From: a virus
Length of the DNA: 31,411 bases
Reading direction: 5' to 3' (one strand)
IMG/VR virus record: IMGVR_UViG_2852270433_000001
Coordinates: 1 to 31,411 of that record
Shown here: in pieces, positions 17,547-23,809 of the stretch
Numbering within the stretch: the stretch's first letter is position 1
Layout: every line of letters starts with the position of its first letter
Made by a program: the position numbers and the translations under genes
The notes under the pieces: model-generated
Databases searched by the model: none
Told to the model about the DNA's origin: nothing
The model's input: only the letters and a program-made list of their open reading frames with translations

Positions 17547-18671
17547 TTATCGTTCGTTGACAACAATGAAGCCTTCGTCGGTCGCTTTCTGGTAGGCGTC
17601 GTATCGCTTCATTCCTCCCTTCATGAGTTCGTTCACACGGTTGTTGAATGCGTCAATGGATTCCTTCTTGCGAAACGGATCAGGGGGATTCAGCGTCGCG
17701 CGGCGGTTCAGAGGCGTCCTTTGCGGAAGCTTCTTCTGCTCCGGCTGCTCCTGTTTCGGTGCGGGCGCCTGGCGGTTGAGCGCACGGATAAAGGCGTTCA
17801 GCGCGGCGGGGCTTTCCCGGAGAGAGTTTTTCAGCTCTTCCCGGCGTTCTTCCGTGAATTCCTCGCGTTCTTCCTCGTCCAGCGCGTTTTCGTACGTGCT
17901 GACGGCGTCGTCCACTTCGGCGTTCACGTGATCTTTCTCACGCTTTTCCAGCGAGAGCAGTTCATCAAGTCGTCCGAGGATCGCCCTGCTCATATCGTCG
18001 GTGCCGTCAAATTCGACATCCAGCTTGTCAAGCAGGGAATCGAACAGGGCCCGCTGGGCCTTGTCCATTTCCTCGGATGGATATTCTCTATTGTCGTTGT
18101 CCATAATGGTGTTCTGGGTTGTTTTCCCCTCTTCGCGGGGCTTTTGTGGTTTGGGATCGCCCCCGGCCTCGTCTACAGAGGCGGGGGAAGTCTGTCGGTT
18201 GACCAGCGGCCGCTTTCCTTTGATGCGGGGCCGGTTGGTCAGGGCAAAGCCGGTCAGGCGCGAAGGACGGTAGACGCCGTCCGTCAAGGTCATACCTTCG
18301 CCGTATTCCGTGGATGACTGCGTGTATTCCTTGTCCTGCAGCATCTTCAGGCCGCGCGGCGTCCATTCGATGAAGCCGTAGAGTTCCAGCGTGCCGGAAG
18401 GGTCTCGGTAGGTGTCCAGCCTCTTGAGCCATCCGAGTGCCCGCGTATCGCGGGAAAGGTCGTGGCTCAGGTGGTCTCCGTCGATGAGCATGCCCGGGCC
18501 GTCAAAGGTGCGGGCGTTGAAGTCGTCCACCATGTCCTGGATCGCCTGCTCGTCGACGCGCAACACGGCGGGTCCTTCGCCGTAGTCGACGTCATGATCC
18601 CCGCTCTTCTCGACGTGGAACCAGCCGTTGGCGGGTCGGGACAGGTCATTGATTTGTTTGGTAGCGATCAT
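17547..18671 (-). CDS. Head maturation protease / scaffold fusion
   Basis: 374 aa. The N-terminal ~170 aa globular domain (GWFHVEKSGDH...DGDHLSHD) resembles Mu gpI-type proteases. The C-terminal half is highly charged coiled coil, typical of scaffolds. It overlaps the portal end. Confidence 0.5.
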   Translation of the reverse strand: MIATKQINDLSRPANGWFHVEKSGDHDVDYGEGPAVLRVDEQAIQDMVDDFNARTFDGPGMLIDGDHLSHDLSRDTRALGWLKRLDTYRDPSGTLELYGFIEWTPRGLKMLQDKEYTQSSTEYGEGMTLTDGVYRPSRLTGFALTNRPRIKGKRPLVNRQTSPASVDEAGGDPKPQKPREEGKTTQNTIMDNDNREYPSEEMDKAQRALFDSLLDKLDVEFDGTDDMSRAILGRLDELLSLEKREKDHVNAEVDDAVSTYENALDEEEREEFTEERREELKNSLRESPAALNAFIRALNRQAPAPKQEQPEQKKLPQRTPLNRRATLNPPDPFRKKESIDAFNNRVNELMKGGMKRYDAYQKATDEGFIVVNER

Positions 18672-20091
18672 CGTTAAATCCTTTCATGAGGCCGGCGTAA
18701 ATCATTTGCTGCAGCTGTTCATAAGCGTCGGGCGGAATGAGCGCTTTTTCCGGTTCCCTGTTGGACGCCGTCACCGGAACGGGTTCCTGCGTGTCCTCGA
18801 TGGACATGCCGATCTTTTCTTCGATTTCGGTTTTCTCGGGGCGGACGCCTCCGTCCGCAAGCGCGGCGATTTCCTCGGCCTTCTGCAGAGGCGTCTGGAC
18901 GGTGTCAAAGGTGATGTGGAGGCGGGCCAGCGGTTCGCCGTCTCCCAGGACTAGCGGGCTGATGGCGGCGTTAAAAGCTTCGGCGACTTTGGAGCAGACG
19001 GCGGAGACGACCGAATTCCAACTGTCCGTGTGCGCTCCCCCGGCCAGTGTGCCGGAGCCTGATTCATTCAGGACGGTCAGAGTGCCGGCCATTACAAACC
19101 TCACCTGGTCCTTGTCAGACATGTTGATTCGGGACAGGAAATAGTTTTCGTTGATGTTGGAGGCTTTCAACGGTTCTGCAGTGCAGCCGGGAGGCAGCAC
19201 GATGGAGGCTCCCGATTTGAGTTCCTCGCACGCTCGTTGCAGCGCGACCATGATGTCGGGGCTCGCGTCCTTCGGAGCCGTGATGATGGCCGGGGCGCTC
19301 CCGTAGCGGTCCATGTGATTGTCCCAGGTGACTTTGGCGTGATTCCGCTCAAAAGAGGCGCGGGTTGCCGGGAAAAGAATGGGGTTCCGGTGCTCCATGA
19401 CCACGAGCGTTTCATCTTCCACGCTTTCGCCGGTGTCGACGCCGATGTAACATTGAGGGTTAAACTGCCATTCGTTCAACTCTCCGGGGCGGACCCAATA
19501 GCGTTGGGGGATGAATTCAAAGCGGCGGCCCCAGGCGTCCTCAATGTATTGGAGATGGGCGTAACCGTAAAACATGGCGGAAGCCAGCTGACCGAAAGCC
19601 TGTTGAAGTCCGGTGACGGAGTGATAGAATTCTTCCAGCGCGTTCTGCTGTCGCTTGGATTCTGGGCTGTCGTCCGCGGCGTCAATCTTCCATCCCTGCA
19701 TGGAGACGCTTTCAATGAGCCGGGAATAGAGCATGCCCAGCAAGCCGTCCGAGTAGATGACCTCGTCCCAAATGAGCATTTGGCGGGCAAAGGCTCCCCG
19801 CCGCGCTTCGTTCCGGGCGTCAATCAGGGTTTGCAGGTCGGCGCCCTGTAACGGATCCCAATATTCAAACCATTGGGGCTGGTTAGGCTTCCTGCTCTGT
19901 TCCGTCAACGCTCGCCGGGTGAGTTCCGTTTCAAGCTCCTTGATTCTGGTCTCCTGTTGGGCGACCAGCTTCGGGGCGTTGAGGATATTTTTGACGGCGT
20001 TAAACCTGAGGCTAAAGAAAAGGTGGTTGCAGGGGAAGGAGTTGGACCTTCGATTCGGGGACAGGAACCCCGCGTGATACCGTTTCACCAC
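18646..20091 (-). CDS. Portal protein
   Basis: ~480-aa ORF directly downstream of terL and upstream of the protease. The track start (GTG at 20091) gives an implausible R/S/F-rich leader. The true start is probably further in (in-frame AGG at 20005-20007, or TTG at about 19911-19913). Confidence 0.65.
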   Translation of the reverse strand: MVKRYHAGFLSPNRRSNSFPCNHLFFSLRFNAVKNILNAPKLVAQQETRIKELETELTRRALTEQSRKPNQPQWFEYWDPLQGADLQTLIDARNEARRGAFARQMLIWDEVIYSDGLLGMLYSRLIESVSMQGWKIDAADDSPESKRQQNALEEFYHSVTGLQQAFGQLASAMFYGYAHLQYIEDAWGRRFEFIPQRYWVRPGELNEWQFNPQCYIGVDTGESVEDETLVVMEHRNPILFPATRASFERNHAKVTWDNHMDRYGSAPAIITAPKDASPDIMVALQRACEELKSGASIVLPPGCTAEPLKASNINENYFLSRINMSDKDQVRFVMAGTLTVLNESGSGTLAGGAHTDSWNSVVSAVCSKVAEAFNAAISPLVLGDGEPLARLHITFDTVQTPLQKAEEIAALADGGVRPEKTEIEEKIGMSIEDTQEPVPVTASNREPEKALIPPDAYEQLQQMIYAGLMKGFNDDRYQTNQ

Positions 20092-20104
20092 CCTGCGATT
20101 GTTT

Positions 20105-20142
20105 ACATATCGTCATATATTGATATCTTGATATGTTGTCAA
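20105..20142 (-). promoter_or_regulatory. AT-rich palindromic intergenic element between terL and portal, with a promoter-like -35
   Basis: Inverted repeat ACATATC (20105-20111) / GATATGT (20130-20136). Internal TGATAT direct repeats and an EcoRV-type GATATC. On the minus strand a perfect TTGACA (20137-20142), then 17 nt, then TATATG. Confidence 0.3.
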
Positions 20143-20145
20143 CAC

Positions 20146-21492
20146 CTAATATCTCCCGTAAGCGCGTTTTGATGACACGGGCCGGGCGTACCAGGCTCCC
20201 AGCGTCCGCGCCAGTCCGCTGTTCCGTCGCGCGTGCCAGGCCATGACGAGGGCGTCAGCCCGGTCTGGGGAGCGAACGCCCCGTTTCGCCATATCTTCCT
20301 TGCTCTCAATTCGGACGCGGCCTATTGCGTCGGTTTGGAGTCGGGGCGCCACAAGCTGTTCAATCGTATCCTCGTCAATATCGAGGATGAGTTCTTTTTC
20401 CTCGATGGCGCGTGCCAGGGCCCGCCATGCCTGGGCTCGCAGATTGACAAAGGCTTGTGTGTCATCCGCCGGGAATCCGCCCCGGTAGGAGTGCACCGGA
20501 AAGCCCTCGGCGCGGAAGTCGTCAATGATGGGCAGCCCCAGGCCGTCGCCGTCGGCAAAGATGCGGTCGGCGGAGATGCCGAGTTCGGCGGCCTTTCGGC
20601 GGAAACGTCCGCGTGCTCCTACAGTGTCCGGGTCAGACCAGTGGTCGGCGATGAAAAAACGGTTGCCCTGCCCGGCCGCGAAGACGTTTTCATCACCCCC
20701 CGCGGCAAAGTCGAAGCCGCCGCAGGTCTCCCCGGTGTCCAGGAAGGGAGGCGGGTTGTTGACCAGCTCCATGAGGGCACGTCGGGAAATGACGGATTGT
20801 CCGTCAAGGTCGGTGAATTCACCGAGGATGGCCGAGCGATAGAAGGAGGACTGCTCCCCGTATTCTTTCTTCAGGCGTTCGGCCTTGCCCGGGTCGTTGA
20901 TTTCGATGTGCGGGCAATCCTCGTATTTGACGCGGATCTTGTAGTAGAGGGATGAATTTTTGTGGAAGCAGTCGTAGAAGGTGCCGGAATCAGCACCCGG
21001 CGATGAGGTGATGAACGCGTGAAAGAGCGTGCAGCGTGAAACCGCGGTGAAGATGGAGTCGGGAATGGTCTTGGCCTCGTCAAGGACGTAAAAGACCGGG
21101 TCCACGTCGGGCGAGATTTTCGGATGCCACCCTTCCGCTCGTCCGGCGTTGTCGGTGGAGAATCCCACGGCAAACCCTCCCTCCGGCGTGCGGATCTCCG
21201 TCTTGTTGAAGGTCCATCCGGAAAAGAAAGGATTGTCCATGTAACGGCGAAGCGCGGGAAAGAGCTGCTTTTCTACCTGCATCCACGATGAGGACGTAAC
21301 CGGGACCTGTCCCCGCGGAAAACAGGTGAGAAAGTACAGGATGGCCGGCGCAATGCAGTTGCTCGTCTTTCCGGAGCCGTTAGGAGCGACCAGGGCCACG
21401 CTTTTCCCTCCCAGGGTCAGCTTGCCCAGGGATAACGCCTTGATGGCCTCCACCTGCCATGGATAGGGGTCAAGGCGGAGGATATGGCGCAA
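20146..21492 (-). CDS. terL: Terminase large subunit
   Basis: 448 aa. Walker A is VAPNGSGKTS, preceded by LDPYPWQ, with a C-terminal nuclease-like half. The track start is TTG at 21492. An in-frame AGG at 21517-21519 lies two codons after the terS stop. Confidence 0.85.
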   Translation of the reverse strand: MRHILRLDPYPWQVEAIKALSLGKLTLGGKSVALVAPNGSGKTSNCIAPAILYFLTCFPRGQVPVTSSSWMQVEKQLFPALRRYMDNPFFSGWTFNKTEIRTPEGGFAVGFSTDNAGRAEGWHPKISPDVDPVFYVLDEAKTIPDSIFTAVSRCTLFHAFITSSPGADSGTFYDCFHKNSSLYYKIRVKYEDCPHIEINDPGKAERLKKEYGEQSSFYRSAILGEFTDLDGQSVISRRALMELVNNPPPFLDTGETCGGFDFAAGGDENVFAAGQGNRFFIADHWSDPDTVGARGRFRRKAAELGISADRIFADGDGLGLPIIDDFRAEGFPVHSYRGGFPADDTQAFVNLRAQAWRALARAIEEKELILDIDEDTIEQLVAPRLQTDAIGRVRIESKEDMAKRGVRSPDRADALVMAWHARRNSGLARTLGAWYARPVSSKRAYGRY

Positions 21493-21525
21493 GAAGAAGC
21501 TGACGGGAAGTCGTGTCCTGACGGG

Positions 21526-21933
21526 TTAGGGATGGAGTTTGCCGGCGATGGTTTCCAGCGCGGTTTTCTCGTCTTCCTGCAGCTGGGCGAGCTGCTCGGG
21601 GTCCAGCGTGATTTTCCGTTCCAGCGGCGCGCCGGGAACGCCGGCGACATCCTGGCGGACCCGGTCTCCGAATTTCTCAGGCGCGAAGCGGGCGGCGACT
21701 TTCAGCCGGGTTTCAATGGCGAGCTTCTTCGCGGCGACGGAGGCGGAGCCGCATTCCGGGTCAAGGGCGACTTTCGCGGCTTCGTCGGCCAGCTCCTGAC
21801 AGGCGTCGAGCATGGCTTCCGACTGCGCTTCCCGCGCGCGTTGAATGAGTTTGGAAAACTCCGGCTTTGTTTCACGCCAGTTCCAGACCGTCCAGACCTC
21901 CGGCATGTGGTCATCGGAGCAGATGGATTTCAT
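21526..21933 (-). CDS. terS: Terminase small subunit (HTH-type); N-terminus apparently extends upstream of the first ATG
   Basis: Immediately upstream of terL. The in-frame upstream sequence KRKPGRPSLYTEELAAEIASRLANGET-MKSICSDDHMPEVWTVWNWRETKPEF...RAREAQSEAML matches the common GRP..YT.EL...I...L..G.S...IC....MP...TV..W....PEF...YARARE.Q pattern of small terminases. No ATG/GTG/TTG lies between the TAA-TAG stops (22042-22047) and 21933. Confidence 0.65.
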   Translation of the reverse strand: MKSICSDDHMPEVWTVWNWRETKPEFSKLIQRAREAQSEAMLDACQELADEAAKVALDPECGSASVAAKKLAIETRLKVAARFAPEKFGDRVRQDVAGVPGAPLERKITLDPEQLAQLQEDEKTALETIAGKLHP

Positions 21934-22043
21934 GGTTTCCCCGTTGGCAAGGCGGGAGGCTATCTCGGCGGCCAGTTCCTCGGTGTAGAGGCTCGGCCGC
22001 CCCGGTTTTCTTTTGGTGGTAGGTTTCTTTTTCCTGCGGCTCT

Positions 22044-22073
22044 ATTATAGGAGGCAACGGATATCCAATTCAA
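22044..22073 (-). promoter_or_regulatory. Candidate late-operon promoter (sigma70-like)
   Basis: Minus strand: TTGAAT (22068-22073), an 18-nt spacer, then TATAAT (22044-22049). The predicted start site falls within a few nt of the AGG at 22033-22035, so the transcript would be near-leaderless. Confidence 0.4.
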
Positions 22074-22125
22074 GCGCGTTGTTTGTTCTTGATTCGCAAC
22101 GCTCATTTTTCAAACTGTGGGGCGT

Positions 22126-22641
22126 ATGAAACGATGTCCTATCTGCGGCAAGGATGTTCCTCCCCGCGCGGGCAAGCGCGACAGCGTGTACTGTTCCCGG
22201 GCCTGCCTCCAGGCTCACTATGCGGAGGCCTGGGAAACGCTCACATGCCCTGTGTGCGGGAACGTATTCCGGGCCCAAAAACTGTGGCACCGTCAATACT
22301 GCTCTGCGGAGTGCGCCAACCGCGCCCAGCGAGGGAGGAAAATCACGTCCGCAGCGTTTTTGGAGGCCTGCCGTCATCGTGGCGTTTGGGGACCTCGCAA
22401 GCATCCGAGGACCGGGAAATTTGAGACGAATTGCCACGCCAAAGTCTGGCGCGTGGAGTCGCCGGAAGGAGAAGAGGTAACGGCGCGCAATCTCAAGCTT
22501 TACATGGTCACCCGTTTTGGCGAAACCGAAGGCAAAAAGATTTATAAACTCCTGACCTGCGCCGCCTGCCGTTTCCGCAAATCTGGGAGAGGCACGGGGG
22601 CCGGATGGCGGATTCTGGAAGCTCCATCCGTCCCGGAATAA
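22126..22641 (+). CDS. Double zinc-ribbon protein with a C-terminal domain resembling those on free-standing phage endonuclease-like genes
   Basis: The duplicated motif is CPICG...YCSRAC and CPVCG...YCSAEC. The C-terminal WRVESPEGEEVTARNLKLY...GAGWRILE resembles the W.l..P.G....v.NL..F......GW pattern. I prefer the ATG at 22126 over the GTG at 22117. It is the only + gene here, opposite terS. Confidence 0.5.
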   Translation: MKRCPICGKDVPPRAGKRDSVYCSRACLQAHYAEAWETLTCPVCGNVFRAQKLWHRQYCSAECANRAQRGRKITSAAFLEACRHRGVWGPRKHPRTGKFETNCHAKVWRVESPEGEEVTARNLKLYMVTRFGETEGKKIYKLLTCAACRFRKSGRGTGAGWRILEAPSVPE

Positions 22642-22677
22642 AAAAGGGGCGGCTTCGAAAAAAACCGCCCCTTTTTA
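22641..22677. terminator. Bidirectional rho-independent terminator
   Basis: AAAAA-GGGGCGG (22646-22652), a 12-nt loop, CCGCCCC (22665-22671), then TTTTT. It starts at the stop codon of the zinc-ribbon gene. Confidence 0.75.
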
Positions 22678-22824
22678 AGGGAAATGGGCGTTGCCGCCCG
22701 GATGATCTTGCGATCGTTTTAATCCACAGCCCCGAAGGGCTGAACGTTCAGAAAGAACGCCTCCTCCTATCATTTTTTGATGGAGGACGACAACGAAAAA
22801 AATCTTCTTTTTTCATTTTTTCTC

Positions 22825-22853
22825 TTGCAATACTAAACATTGTTTAGTATATT
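22825..22853 (+). promoter_or_regulatory. Sigma70-like promoter with an embedded palindromic operator
   Basis: TTGCAA (22825-22830), a 17-nt spacer, then TATATT (22848-22853). The spacer and box edges form the perfect palindrome ATACTAAACA-T-TGTTTAGTAT (22830-22850). Confidence 0.55.
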
Positions 22854-22923
22854 GATCTTGTTGACGGGAGGTAAGGGACCAACCGGAGACACAATCCAAA
22901 ACCAAACCAGAAAGACTAAAACA

Positions 22924-23181
22924 ATGAACGCTGATAAAACTTACAAAGTCCGAGAAATATTCACCTTTCACCGCCATGAAATAGCTATTGCCGGAGAAGT
23001 GGTGAAAAACTATGACGAAGAAGGAAGAACCTATAATTTTTATTGCCCGGTGCGGGAAGTCCACGGCGTAAGGCATGGACTTGTCAGCGGCAATGTTCCG
23101 GAAGAAGTAAAAGACTTTGTTGATGTGAGAGACATCCTTGAAAAAGCGGAAGAATACGATGTGGTTGTAGATTGGGACTAA
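22924..23181 (+). CDS. Small acidic protein, unknown function (anti-defence candidate 1)
   Basis: 85 aa from the ATG at 22924 (MNADKTYKV...). The longer track form starts inside the promoter. About 19 D/E versus about 11 K/R. Its initiation region is about 88 percent identical to that of the next gene. Confidence 0.55.
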   Translation: MNADKTYKVREIFTFHRHEIAIAGEVVKNYDEEGRTYNFYCPVREVHGVRHGLVSGNVPEEVKDFVDVRDILEKAEEYDVVVDWD

Positions 23182-23210
23182 AATAAAACCAAATCAGAAA
23201 GAACAAGACA

Positions 23211-23534
23211 ATGAACGACAACAAAATCATCACCACGGAAGACGGCGAAGAAATCAATCTGAGCGCGCTTGAACGCGAATTCGGTAGCTATGATTTTGAA
23301 GGACACACCTACTATGCTGCTCGCCAAATGGAATTAACCAATCGTCTTTTTGACGGATGCTACAACGACGCGGAAGAAGGAGAGGAATACATCTCGGAAT
23401 ACTCCGCGCCCGGATACGACGAAAACGGAAACCCCGTGGAAATCTTCATGACTTTCACGCAGGTGAAAGGTGAAGAGATAGACCCGGAAAACCTTAACTG
23501 GTTCCAGGACTCCGACCGCGTTGAAGCCCTCTAA
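23211..23534 (+). CDS. Small strongly acidic protein, unknown function (anti-defence candidate 2)
   Basis: 107 aa with about 27 D/E versus about 6 K/R. ATG start. No recognisable motif. Confidence 0.6.
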   Translation: MNDNKIITTEDGEEINLSALEREFGSYDFEGHTYYAARQMELTNRLFDGCYNDAEEGEEYISEYSAPGYDENGNPVEIFMTFTQVKGEEIDPENLNWFQDSDRVEAL

Positions 23535-23542
23535 CCATGATT

Positions 23543-23566
23543 CCAGGGCGGTGCATGCCGCCCTGG
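23543..23566 (+). promoter_or_regulatory. GC-rich hairpin between the acidic ORF and the HTH gene
   Basis: CCAGGGCGG-TGCATG-CCGCCCTGG: a 9-bp perfect stem and 6-nt loop with no U tract. It ends 7 nt before the ATG at 23574. Confidence 0.5.
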
Positions 23567-23573
23567 CACAGCT

Positions 23574-23774
23574 ATGACTATTCAAGAATTTGTTGATTGG
23601 GTGCAGTCCAGATACCATTTGCGATCCAAAACTTCTGCGGTCAAAAAGGCTGCGCACATGTTGCGGGTGACGGAAATGGCTGTTTGGCAATGGTTGAGAG
23701 GGTCCAGACAAACGAGTCCTTCCATGGAGCTGCTGATGGAGCTAATCACCCGTCACGGATTGCCGGACGAATAG
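23574..23774 (+). CDS. Cro/YdaS-like helix-turn-helix regulator (Aca-like position)
   Basis: 66 aa. VKKAAHMLRVTEMAVWQWLRGSRQTS fits the aA..Lgvs..aV.qW..g.r HTH pattern. It is the last gene of the plus-strand cassette. Confidence 0.7.
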   Translation: MTIQEFVDWVQSRYHLRSKTSAVKKAAHMLRVTEMAVWQWLRGSRQTSPSMELLMELITRHGLPDE

Positions 23775-23791
23775 ACCTATACGAGATTCCA

Positions 23792-23809
23792 GGGGGATTT
23801 TCATCCCCC
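23792..23809. terminator. Hairpin between convergent operons (weak terminator candidate)
   Basis: GGGGGAT-TTTC-ATCCCCC: a 7-bp stem with no clear U tract on either strand. It overlaps the stop of the 336-aa minus gene. Confidence 0.3.

Noticed and set aside
4157-22035. Explaining the AGG-for-ATG pattern as a methylation-induced base-call error at CATG
   Set aside because: Six of seven sites would be CATG if restored. However, intact CATG start contexts are read normally elsewhere (for example at 8999-9002 and 8461-8464), and the capsid site would be AATG. A motif-wide artefact is therefore unlikely, although site-specific error cannot be excluded without reads.
22042-22047. Stop-codon readthrough or TAG recoding to explain the start-less terS N-terminus
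   Set aside because: The in-frame TAG is immediately preceded by an in-frame TAA. The sequence further upstream is antisense to another gene and not protein-like. The other affected genes are preceded by TAA stops, and TAA is not known to be reassigned in phages.
22045-22437. 130-aa minus-strand ORF that would extend the late operon upstream of terS
   Set aside because: It is antisense to the zinc-ribbon gene (22126-22641), which has duplicated CPxCG...YCSxxC motifs. Its translation looks non-protein-like and it would run through the predicted late promoter.
22681-22824. Possible tRNA or small RNA in the hairpin-rich spacer upstream of the cassette promoter
   Set aside because: Hairpins are present (for example CAGCCC-CGAA-GGGCTG), but there is no cloverleaf arrangement and no T-loop GTTCGAATC-type box. 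I had insufficient evidence to call an RNA gene.
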